This document shows positions 24,249-36,261 of a DNA stretch of 64,000 bases, piece by piece. The first letter of the stretch is position 1. Each line of letters begins with the position of its first letter. Source of the stretch: Oopsacas minuta (lineage: Eukaryota > Animalia > Porifera); the NCBI GenBank assembly GCA_024704765.1, contig JAKMXF010000111.1:1437627-1501626 (forward strand). The letters are read 5' to 3'. The notes under the pieces are model-generated. The model searched no databases, was not told the origin of the DNA, and saw only the letters and a program-made list of their open reading frames with translations. The position numbers and the translations under genes were made by a program.

Positions 24249-25646
24249 TTAGCGCATTTTAACCATTTGGGAGCTAAAATAGGATTCTTTCAGCTTAAGC
24301 AAAAGTTCCCTCAGCTCAGATTTGAGTAGCTCTGTAATCATCATGTAAGGAGAACTACTAACTACACCAATTAACTTCAATACATTAGGATGTTTGAATT
24401 GGTTTAATATCATTGCTTCCTTTATAAACTCATTTTCTGCTTCATTATTCGTATAATCTTTTAATTTCTTAACAGCGACGTCAATAGTACCATCAGGTGA
24501 ACTATATTGTGCACTGTAAACGATTCCAAACTGCCCTTGTGCTATCAACTGTCCAATTTTTAATTTGTCTTTATTTACTTCGATATTAGGATCATGACGT
24601 AGAGATTTGATATACCGTGGAGGCTCAACGTATATCCTCCCAGAAGATGTGAGATGGTGATTCTTACTTACTCCTCGCTTAGAAATAGACGCATAATATT
24701 CTGTATCAACATAACCGTCAAGGATGGAGGTATAAAAGTCTTCTTCCTTATGACAATCAAGTAGATTCGATTTACTTTTGGTAGTTGTAGGAGATTTTGG
24801 TTGGATTTGTGATTCATATTTCCTTGAAGAATTTGTGTATGCTGTTAATGATGAATTAGAGGGTGGGACAGAAGGTATGGCCATCTGTGGTATAGGGTCA
24901 ATAGAATCAAAACTCCCACCAGCGGATTCAATTCTAGATCTTCTCTCATAGCTTAGATTTTCGCTGAGATATGAATCGAAGCTGTCATCAGCCATGAGCG
25001 GAGTAGTTCTATCCGTGTGGTAATTATTCATTAAGGTGCTATAACGATTACATGAATGAGAAACACTTCGAATATCACCATGATGTCTATTTTTAACTCT
25101 CATACATTTGATTAAGACGAGTATTATACTGAATAGAGCGATCACGATAAGGATAACTGATAGGACAGATCCCACTACTATGCCTATTTCGTTATTATTC
25201 TGTTGAGATGTACCATCTACATCTAATTCACATTTAGGTTCTAGACTATTGTGGCATAAATGACAATAATCAGATTCATTAACGTAATTACATGTAGATG
25301 TGAAGTTGCAATATGAAATATATTTATTTCCATCACAATTCGTCAAAACCAGTTTCAGATTATTATTTGAGCTCTCATAACTCTCAGCTGATCCAATATG
25401 AGCCATCCCTAGACAGAATTCATTGGTAGAGATATCGCCCAATCCTTCATCATTGAAACATAAAAACTTCCATTCGAGGGTCCTATTATTACTATTCAAA
25501 CATATTTGAATAACATTAGATAAGTTTCCTATACTAGTTACTCTTTTGTCTCCGTCTCTACTACAACTTTGAGCGAATGTGTACGATAGATAAAACGTTA
25601 ATACAGAAAGAGACAGCAAATAAACAAGTAAAATATTGGAATACAT
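24249..25646 (-). pseudogene. Receptor tyrosine kinase with an SRCR-like ectodomain, truncated after the kinase N-lobe
   Basis: Signal peptide; degenerate SRCR cysteine pattern (VIQIC..WKFLC..EFCLGM..TNCDGN..YC); TM IGIVVGSVLSVILIVIALFSIILVLI; Tyr-bearing juxtamembrane region; GQGQFG-like loop (IAQGQFGIVY), VAVKKLK, EFIKEAMILNQFKHPNVLKLIGVV. It stops before HRD/DFG, and no downstream exon carrying them was found. Confidence 0.85.
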
Positions 25647-26090
25647 AAAAGCGAGAATCCAATTTCTTCCAGTACGATATTATTGATAAAGCAATAATAT
25701 CAATGATTATGAGAATATCTACCAGAAGAGTGATATATGATATGTACTCCTGAATAGATATACCTATGACTATCAATTGATGCCTCTAAATGCAGTATAA
25801 ATGAAAAAAGAATACTTTGGAACCTCTCTACGTGAGGCGTATTTCGATCATTTTACTCAAAATATTTCAGTAATAACAAATTCCATAAGCTGGATGCTGA
25901 CATTAAATTGAATAATAAAATTGGACTCGTAACAGAGCAAAATGGATAAATAATAGATTAATAGAATAAAGAATAAATGTGAATCATTTTCAGATGTTGT
26001 GAATTTATGTTCTATCAAAATTGATTGAGCATTTTATAAATTCAATATTCGGTATCAGGCTTATTCATTAGAAGATTAAAAAGTTAGTAA

Positions 26091-26296
26091 TCAAGAATCC
26101 AAAGAGCACTTGGATATTTGCCTAAAAGTTGGTCTCATTTTTGGATCTTGCCTCCATGTCTCTAACATGATTTGGTACATTTTTTCTGGACAGCGACAGG
26201 TTGTGGGAGGGTGTCTCCATTTGCAAGAGCTTGTATAACTTCCTCATTCTTACTACCTTCCCATGGCTTATCTCCCAGTGACCAGATCTCATACAG
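26091..26296 (-). pseudogene. Tyrosine kinase C-lobe fragment (subdomains IX-XI), frameshifted
   Basis: Translates LYEIWSLGDKPWEGSKNEEVIQALANGDTLPQPV, then after a 1-nt deletion CPEKMYQIMLETWRQDPKMRPTFRQISKCSLDS*. It is missing from the ORF track because it is short and frameshifted. Confidence 0.88.
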
Positions 26297-26304
26297 TCAA
26301 TAAT

Positions 26305-26491
26305 ATATTCTAATTTTCATGCTTGATTTCGTAAACAGTGTAAAATTTCCGTTTGTTTCAGTGGTCACATGAATATATTAGTGAAAAAAGTTTTTTAGCA
26401 ACGCTCAGGAATTTGGCAACATTCCATTCTCATAATGTGTCCTAGCCACATCGAGTGACCCCTCTTCCGACTCCAATTGGCATTAAGAGTC
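26305..26491. repeat. Right arm of the ~185-bp inverted repeat flanking the RTK cassette
   Basis: Inverted copy of 24040-24225. Confidence 0.85.
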
Positions 26492-27064
26492 CTGTTGTAT
26501 AATATTTTGAGGGGAATGTTGCAAATTAACAACAAGAGTTGTCAAATTACCAACACATTGTCATATTGTTACGCGTTCAAGTAGACCAAAGTACTTAGAT
26601 TCAATGAGATGTAATCGAATATAGAACAAGAAAATACGACACACGCTGACTTCTTTAATTATTAAACGCGCGAACAAGGGCGATTGACGCATGAAGCGCT
26701 GTCCCAAGTTTTGAGGCCTATTGAGGACTTAATTTCTATTGTTGGTAATTTGACAACACTCTTGCTGGGGGCGTACCTAATTTCCGGGACGTGACGTGAC
26801 GGTCGCTTAAATTGTAGATGCTAAAGTACTGGACATAACATTGCAGTAACCTACCAAATTCATCTCCCAAAGTGTATAACTATGTATATGTTTATGAATA
26901 AGACACCGCTACCTGTTTATTCAAAGCGTATGGACTACAGTGTTTTGCTTACTCCCTGTGTGATCGACTCCCGGGACCTAAAATGCAAGCATTTTGGCGA
27001 TCCCTGAGGTACGTGTCTCGCTAACATATGGGAAACCAATCTAATGAAATAGGATCCCTTACTA

Positions 27065-27101
27065 ATTTCTCACACTAGCTATAATAGCTAGTGTGAGAAA
27101 T
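27065..27101. repeat. 37-bp palindrome (18-bp arms, 1-nt centre)
   Basis: atttctcacactagctat-a-atagctagtgtgagaaat. Confidence 0.9.
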
Positions 27102-27851
27102 CCCCCCCTATTGTATTAGTTATCACTTATCAGGCCACCCTCACGCGCTTACACCGGCCCCAGATTATTTCAGGTACTAGCTCTAAGATCCCTGGGGTAG
27201 TAGAGATAACACAGAATACATGAAGCATATAGTTTTACACTTTGTGAGAATGAATCTGTCATCCTCTTCTATGATGTTTAATCCACCTAATGAGCAACTT
27301 TTAAGTTGATTAAACCTTTTAAACCAAAAATATTAAAACATTGTTAGAGGAGCCTAATATCAAAATTGTCCGATTTTTAATTTTTTGAGAAATTTTTCTC
27401 TTTTCTTGAAAACTACCAGATGTAATGTGTTGTAACTTTCACAAACTATAGCCTATTAAAGGACTTGCCGTATTCAAACTGTCAAACTAATTGAAGATGA
27501 TTGGTGAAATCATTGGATGGTTTGACAAATAATTACTATCACGTTATATTTCTAAAACCCTATTATTACTTTGCCATCGTAATTTTAACTGTAGAACTAC
27601 AGAACTATTCGAAATATAAATAAAATAGAATATTTCCAGTAATATTTTCAGATAGAATGATATAAACACATTTATAGCCAATCTTGTTGCTCACTTGTAA
27701 TACAAATTAATTCTGTTAACCAACCCAGCCCTAAACAGTGAATAGATTAGGTAATTAATTATAGAATTAGTAGTATAGGCATCTGTTTCAGATGGTTTTC
27801 ATTTATTTTAAGTTAGATATAGTAGATTCCGCGAATTTTCATACATTAACT

Positions 27852-30800
27852 ATGTATCTATTCATTCATATTCTGTTTCTCTGCCATTTTGTACTATCTA
27901 TAATAGCAACAGAATCTCTGCAGTGGAATGTTGATTTCAAACGAAATACTGGGATACTAAATGAAACGCTGGTACCAACTAATGATAGCGCTCTTTTCAT
28001 CATCAAGATACAAGATAATAACGACTTTGTAAGTTGATTTATAAGCCAGCAATTTTATTCGTATCTTAATGTGATTATTCTACAGTCTAGTTCTATACAA
28101 TTCCAATCAGTTCTACAACTGGTTCAACCCTTACTTACTCTTAAGTATTATCTACCCCATCAGTCGCAATCTTCAGTGAATAAGATTCTCCCTTCTCTTT
28201 GTCTCTTATCAGATGTTTCTATATACTGTGATGCTTCCCCTGATGTAGATTCTATCCTACAGCTATGTACTACACACAGGCTGAGATCCTCACTCAACAG
28301 TTCCCTACACCACACCCACTTGTGTACGGAGGGGGCTGAATTAGACTGGGTGTGGGTAGCAGAGTTTCAGCTGCCACATAATACTCTACAATTCGTATCC
28401 ATTTTTGCTAACATTGAATCTAACTCATTTGGGATAGACATACCAACACTGAGGTATCCAGCAATTAATGTAAATTAATTCAATATTTAATATATTTAGC
28501 TGTTTAGGTTACATTTTTTAGTCATACATTTGAGTACTCTAGCAAACAGAACAGCTGTAAACCTACAACTTGTTCCATTCTCCCTGCCTACAAATACACA
28601 TGGAAACTTACTGAGGAGCTTTCTACTAGCTGGTAATGTCGTTAGTCTGTGGAATGGAGATATTCTCTTTCAGCAACAAGATCACCTCTATTCCTTAGAT
28701 TGGAAAGTGAGTTGTTTGTATATTTAGCGTGTTGTCCTTGTTCTTTATTATTGATATTTCAGTCCACTACACAACTGTCAGTTACAGATTGTGTAACACA
28801 AGAATATCCTGTCACTTCTATACAGGTATTACCAAATGGTATCTACGCGAGTACTGAGGTATTAACTATATACTACAAGTACAATCAACTCTAGTTACAC
28901 CGAACACTAAGAGAGACCATTGGCGCCAAGTTTTAGGAAAAAAAATCAGACCTGGGGTTCTACCATGTGAAATTGCAGCTACTTCTTTGTAAATTTCACA
29001 AAAATACCCTCTCCACCACTAACCGGGGGGTCCAGACCCCCTAGATACCCAAACTTGGCGCCTATGAGAGAGGCTATATCTATTTTGAATTTAAAATGTT
29101 TCTAATCTCAAAATTCGATAAAACTAGAGTTGACTAGAATTGTTGTTCTATTGTTTTGTTGTATTAATCGTGTATCACTTCTAGTACGGAATGCTATGGA
29201 TAGAGAGGAGTAATCATCTCAATTATACAGTTAGTTAATTATCTTTATCATAGACGGTATCAGAGATGTTAAATTCTCTTGTTTTGTAAATAATAATATA
29301 TTCTGCATAGCTATACAAACACATAAATGATGAGAGCTGTGCATTAGACTTGGCCTATGAAGAGAGAGAACCTCACACAATAGATTTATATTCACTTGAT
29401 AATGAGAAGGGAGATATCAAGCTAATGGGGGAAGATGGTATACATATACGCTAAGATTACATGAATGGAGTGATTTAGCATATTTGATTTGTATCCATTT
29501 GTTGTAGGAACTTTTAAATCTATATTTACATTTAACCTGTGGGATGAAATGGGACAATATTTACAGCCTGATATGCTAGGTAGGAGATAGATTTCTTCAG
29601 TAAATATATATGTTCTCTTTTTTCCATTCATTTTATCATCAGATAACTCTACAATATTATCATTCCTACGCTGCTGGGTGAGACAAGAGATTCTCGTTCT
29701 TGTATCTAACATACAGTCTACTAAACTAATAACTTTTGATTTAGGTAAATATTCATTCCCTACTAATGCAGTATGCTGTAGCTAATTATTATTTGAATGC
29801 CGGAATTTTGGTATCTGGAACTTTTCGAAGCCCATTTCATAACTTAAATTTTCTCTAAGAAAGCCCAAGGAAATTTCCTGCATAGCAAACAAACTTATTA
29901 TCAATAATTCAGGAATTCGTCAATTTCATTCAATTTACTAACTTTATCCATATAATGATATAATTCCAGCAATTCAGATAATATATTTACAAATTCAGGA
30001 AATATGTTTGCAATATTTAAATATCCTCGAGATATTGCATGCGCTGATTCCAGTCCTTATTTGCAGCAATCGTTTCTACATCTATTTCATACAAATATAT
30101 ACTCAGATATGTAATATGTATTTTCATGCGATATAAGTATAGTATCCGCGGACATTATATATATTTAACCTATTACATGCGTTTGAATATTATCTAACGG
30201 AATTTAATAACAGATTTTACTTTTCTACTTCACAGTGAGGAAGAAAGCTCTAAAACAGTACAAATTCCCTCAATATCTCCCTTCGCAAACAGGTATTCCT
30301 TGTTATATAACCCATATGGATATTTTTAAAATACTGTTAACTTGAACAAGATGTTTGGCGGTATCATATTTAGGTAAACATCATGTATAGTTAGATAACT
30401 GATATAGAGTGGCAGTATTGAGAGTTTTCCTGTAAATGTGACAGATACTTCATAAATAATTTAAATATTAAAAAGGATAACGTACAACTGTCTAACAAAA
30501 TTTTTGGTGATTATTTAAAAAATATTTTCACAATATCTGCTTCTATTCAAGTTATCGATTTGTTGTTTCCTAAAGTTCAGAATTGTTTGTATTTATAATT
30601 GCGTTACATTAGGAAATGACGAATCTACTCTTATTCATCTATCTTCTAACAATCCAGATACTAATCGTTCCTTAATTATACGAGACATGAAGGTTCTCTC
30701 AAATACTGAGGTACTGCTCTGGGGTTCATCACTTCTCTACAGGTGGATTGTATAGCTAGCAGCTGAATATAATTAGCCTTTAATTAACCTTTAGTTACAT

Positions 30801-33800
30801 ACTTTACCCTAATCTGATATCTCTCTAGTCCTGATTGTGGAAACAGCTTCTACTTCTTCTCTGAGATTACAGACTCTATTTCTCAAGTAGATATTCTTCC
30901 TACTGGCAGATTCATTGTAGTTACACAGCAACATCAGGTAGCTGTCTATCAAAGGGTTACACACTATTAGGACTTACAATCCTGGGATTGTAAGCTCTAC
31001 ACACTAAGTATTCACTAATGCAGCGGTACCTAACCTGGGGTTCATGGACTCCTTAGTGATCCATGGGCGACACTTTGGGAGTTGTATATTACAGTCTATG
31101 GGAGGTGTTAAATATGAAGTCCTCTGCTGAAAAAGGTTGGGAACCGCTGCACTAATGTATAATTCTCATTTACTTAGATGTGGCATAGCTCAGCTTACAC
31201 TCTCCAGTTGCAACAGTTGTTTATTCAAATACAAGAAAATACAACAAATCTCTATCAGCTGATTACTGATGACATTTTAGAGCTTGTAAGTTATCTACTT
31301 ATTATAAATGTAGTATATTTGTTTGTTATATCTAATTTTTCTATCTACATACGTAGACAACCTTATCCAATAGCAGCAAGCCCCAGGTATCTCGTTACCA
31401 ACTGCTTTCAGTACCAAAACCCAGTTATTCGTCTTCAAACTGTTCTTCAGAACTAAATAGCACAACTCACGTGCTTCTAAATTCATCCCTCTTATCTCCT
31501 GATGACTGGATTACAACATTAACATCATCATCTAACTCTTCCTGTCCCTTCTCCTCTCTTTCTCTCCTCTCTCCTCATTGTGTCACACTTACAAGAGAAT
31601 TACATCAGTTTGTTTCATCTATACCAGATCTATCTGAGTTAATCACTGACTTCTTCACTCCCTATCCTGTGCTTAATTGTACTCGCACTGGTGAGGGACT
31701 CCCGCAGCACTTCTACTTAGACAAATCTTCTCAATTCAATATATCTCTTATCATCCATCTTCTCCCTTATTTCTCATGCCTGACATCCAATGGTGATGAT
31801 TTTAACATAATTTCGTACTTATTTATTTAGAATTTTTGAATTTATTAATGTACTTTACGTAACCTGTGTAGATACTGAAAGACAAGATATCCCTCAAGTA
31901 TTTGTCTGGTTTTCTAGAGAACTGCTAGAAGCAAACTCTCAGCTATTATACCATCCTCTTACACATACGCTCACATATTCGGTTAGTGACTCATTAATTA
32001 TTATAATTACAACTAATTATGGTATATTTCTCATGAGCAATATGAGAAATTGGGAAATTTACAAAATTCTCACTTTGTTGGACTGTTTGCAAAACTATTT
32101 TGGAATTTTGCAAGTTTTACCTTCAGCTGGACAACTTACATAATTCTGTCGTAATATCCAAGTAATTTACATATTGCTAATCTCTTGGGCAATTTACTTA
32201 ATTCTATCATTGCATATTGCAGTCTATCCTTATCGGGATATTGCATAACTTCTGCTATTATAAGGTCCAGACAATTTGCTAATTTTTTTTATAACTTCCA
32301 GGTAATTTGTATACTGCCACTCTTATGGAATGGGAAGTTGCATAATTATATCACTATCATAAAATCTAGTTATGCTCTAGTAGAGGTGTTCTGAGTCAAA
32401 AGGTCCCTCCTATATATTTGCTCCGGGGGTACCATTTGACCTAAATTTTAGTCCTTTTAGGCCAAATTATCCCCCATTAAATATTAACACATTTTAGTTT
32501 CAATATTATAAGCTGTAAGGGTTCATATTCTGATAACTATGTTACTTTTAACTTTGTATCAGGGGACCATTTTATTGATTATATATATTTTTCAGCCAAT
32601 TGGCCCCACACTATTATTTTGCAACGTTTACAGTTTCAACATTGTATGGTTTCATATTGTAATAATTGCCTTCTTTAGATTTCGGATAATGCAATAATAC
32701 CCAGTGGTTCAGCGGTCCGGCAATTTCATGGACCAGACCGAACCTCCAAATATCTAGGGGGGGACCATTTGGCCAGAACAGAGGTGATATAATGTTACAA
32801 TTCTGGGAACCTGGGAGAGAAGTATTTTACTCGCATTAGAGAAATATTAACTTTATTCTTTGGGTGTAGTGTAATATATATATATATAATGCTGGTAGGA
32901 AAGACAATCAACTTATGAGTAAAGTCTATTCAGGCTACATAGTATTAGCAACAACCAAAAATTGATGGATACTCTCTGAGCAATTTCCAATTGTCTAGTT
33001 TAGCGAGCATTCTAAAATATGTCTAATCTATAAATTATTCTGCTAAGCGAGCATCATACAAATTGCCCAATTTAATATATTGGTGATAACTCAAATGCCA
33101 TTTTATACATACTACAATTCCTGCTCTATCTCAAGTAGATTTCTCTGACAGTTAATCAAAGCCTCAATGCAAAATTACTCACTGGAGACATTCTTGCCTC
33201 TTCTGAGATTAAACTCAAGGTTAGTTATTGGCACCCTTACTGTGTAGTTTCCAACGCGGCTTACGCCGATACTATAGACTGCCAGTGATAGAATAATAGA
33301 TCAAAATAACAGAATATGGAGAAATAGCCTCGAAAAGGAAATACACTAATAGAACATTTCCAATCCCAAACTTTGCAAATATGTATATATATTATGATTA
33401 CTGTTGTTAGCCTATGGTGAAGATAAATTTCAATATTTTCTAAAAACTCTGTAGTTTTCTGATTAAACATAGTCGAATGCACATAATAAACCAACATTTA
33501 CATTGTACAGGTATTGATATTATTTTCCTTAGATCTCCCCTTCAAGTTCTGATTGCACTGAATTAAACTCTAAGATGAGTTCTACGGTGTTTATTGGCTG
33601 TCCCTCCAGTCTGTCTATCATGTTTGACAAAGAAGGATCTGAAAATAACGATATTTGGATCAAACCAACTGTTTGTGACGAACAGCCTAATCTATCTTGT
33701 TTGTTCTTCGATTTTGGTTAGTTAGTTAATAAATTATTTTGTGATATACCTGTAAATATGACTGAATGCTTTCAATCCACAGGCTTCACTCCTCATTTCT

Positions 33801-35093
33801 ATATTTATGATGAATTACAGGACTCCAGAATCCCTTTTAAAGGATATTATAATCTTAAACCTGTAGCTGCGGGTCTTACTCCAGATAGAATGATTAACTT
33901 CTCTAATGTAACAAGGTATTTATTTATCGGATAATATTTATAATTACCCGATATGGTGAAGAAAGAGAATGGTATGCTACATTGCGCCAAAATGCGAAAT
34001 ATTGGTATGATACTTTCCATTCCCTATATTCTTCTCTTTGCTATGATGCAATGTACGTGTGTTAGTGAGATATTTATTAATATTCCATAGTCCTCTTGGC
34101 TTGTGGGCAGTAACTGAATATACAGAGAGTCCCTTACAACTCCACACTCAGTTAGCAGCTGAGCTACAGTAGGTTCATTTTAATAACAATATTAGTTTAA
34201 TAATTTGTCATGGAATTTGAATTAGTAAATAATTCAGATTCTATTATTTCTATAAAATTTGGAATTTATAAATTATCCTCTGCTGACTCATCTTCTAGAA
34301 TAATTACGTATATAATCCAATTTGTATTAATCACTGTATTTAGAGTTATATATGGTATTGGTGCGACGAATCAGTATACATATTATTAAAATTATACCTA
34401 GATGGTTATGTATACATGATAGCTTCTGCGCAGATATCCATCCAAACCCAAAATATGGAATTACAGCTTACTATTTGACTCTAGAGTTCTCTAACAGGCA
34501 AGATTTCACTTTTAGAGAAACTAAAAGTGAATTAACATTATTATTTTCTATTTAGTATAGACAGAGCGAACACAAGTTTTTGTAACTTCACCACTCAGTT
34601 CACTGTACTCATATACGGGATAACTCTGGGGCCTATGGGTACCATTGTTTCATTTGTTGTAAGTATACGATTATTTATAATTATCCAATCATTACCAAGC
34701 AATACAATACAGGTTTACACGATAACCTGAATAATTTTCTTCCTCACAAATTTCGGATTTTAAGAAATCTGAAAATTCTATTTATATCTAATATTTCATT
34801 CTAGATTAAGTTAAGCTAGCTATTATGAAAAGAATAATATGTCTGCGGCTGATATTGTCGACGATATTTTTCTATGCACTTTTCAGTATTGCGAATGGTG
34901 ATTTACCTGGATTAGTGAAAGGTCACGTTTTTCTTCTGAGGGATAATATTTATATACTAAAAATCTTATAGAAAATACGGTCAATATCTGTCACTGATAT
35001 TATACTTGAATATCTAAGATGTATTTGTAACATTCTTTACATGTTTCAGTCTTAGTTAGCCTTTTAATAATATTGCATCGCTATCAAAATTGA
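27852..35093 (+). CDS. CATSPERG: Cation channel sperm-associated auxiliary subunit gamma (multi-exon; start, some middle exons and last exon approximate)
   Basis: Signal peptide exon at 27852. Later exons: LPQHFYLDKSSQFNISL (about 31700), FIGCPSSLSIMFD..LSCLFFDF (33533-33716), GFTPHFYIYD..FKGYYNLKPVAAGLTPD (33783-33917), WLCIHDSFCAD..YYLTLEFSN (34402-34497), TSFCNFTTQFTVLIYGITL (34556-34656). These match the CatSper-gamma C-terminal motifs in the same order. The terminal exon 35050-35093, which would complete a TM helix, is tentative. Confidence 0.82.
28918..29066. mobile_element. hAT-like MITE in a CATSPERG intron
   Basis: 16-bp TIRs CAT(T/A)GGCGCCAAGTTT (15 of 16 match); flanks agagagac / agagaggc. 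Confidence 0.75.
31021..31149. mobile_element. hAT-like MITE with a perfect 8-bp TSD
   Basis: TIRs CAGCGGT(A/T)CC(T/C)AACCT; TSD cactaatg on both sides. Confidence 0.88.
32387..32780. mobile_element. TGT...ACA MITE with 4-bp direct repeats (Ginger-like?)
   Basis: About 20-bp imperfect TIRs TGTTCTG..CAAA.GGTCCC; GAGG on both flanks. Confidence 0.55.
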
Positions 35094-35927
35094 GCGAATT
35101 AACATTTTGAATTATTAGTATTCAGGGGCGTAGCTAGAAATTTAACAGCCAGACACACGGATAAATATTTGACTCAGGATCGACTAAAAAGTGACTGCGA
35201 TCTTAGATTATGCAACCGACGAGGAGGAAGCTCTCTTTTACCTCAGTGCTAGTATTATTGCTAGCTTAATACACTGGAATTATTAATAAATGAATTATTT
35301 TAGGTTTCGCTAGTCATTTACCTGCTAATATTGATATGTGGCTACCCAATTTTCTTATTCAGGGATAGGATAAAGGAGTACTATACTATACATATCTATA
35401 ATAGTCTGTATGGTAAAGTAGAACATATTCTCACTGAGTTCACCCGTATCAGATTGAATTCTTATCTGAGGAAAAGAAGCAATAAAGTGAAAGCAAGCTA
35501 ACCTCTTAAAAACAAATAATATTCTTCTAGAATTAATACTATCATTTCTACTATTCTTATAATAATTTTCTAATCTTTTGGTCGAATTGTCTAACTAAAT
35601 CTTTCTACATTTATGTTTACTTTAGATTTGTTAATTTGGATTGCTCAATCAATTACTTTTATTTGGGTTTTTACTTTAAAGTTAAGCTAATTTTTATCCG
35701 CCAGAGTTGATATCGATCATTTATAATTAAAATTGTTCTCTAGTTTTGTAAGAAGGTTCAGACGAATTTAAACTCGGCTGTGGATGACAAACCTTTCCTT
35801 GCATGCAATTGTGCCACTTTAAGTTCTGAAATTATGGGGCGAAGGGTTGTAAACTTTTAACAGATGTTTCATAATGACATATCAATACAATTACGTATAT
35901 TGGATATATATACGTACTCTGCTTTAG

Positions 35928-36067
35928 CAGTGTCCAACCTTTCTCTCCCGTGGACGCCATATACCAATTTAACACATTCTATGGACTCCCTCCCATAAAC
36001 TGCAATACAAATTTTCAGATCTTGTGGATCCCCAGCTGCCCCATGAACCCCAGGTTCGGAACAGCTG
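35928..36067. mobile_element. hAT-like MITE, same family as 31021-31149, opposite orientation
   Basis: The right end ccatgaaccccaggttcggaacagctg matches the reverse complement of 31021-31047; no clear TSD. Confidence 0.6.
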
Positions 36068-36261
36068 CTCTAATTGTTGAATTCTTAAGAACTTTTGCTT
36101 ATTCAAATCGTAATAACTTTTGCTTACTGAAATATGCTAACGATCTAGAGGCCACTCCATAACTACTGCTGTCGCTCATATATCGTACAAATAAGAGAGC
36201 ACAGCGATAATCATATTAAACTCAAGTTGATACTGTGTATATTACGTATGAGGCTATCAAA

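Noticed and set aside
24031-26500. 9-bp TSD around the RTK cassette
   Set aside because: The flanks atttgttat and ctgttgtat match at only 5 of 9 positions, so no TSD can be claimed.
26567-26840. Solo-LTR-like segment TGTTA...TAACA
   Set aside because: The flanks give no TSD, there is no second copy, and it overlaps another small inverted repeat.
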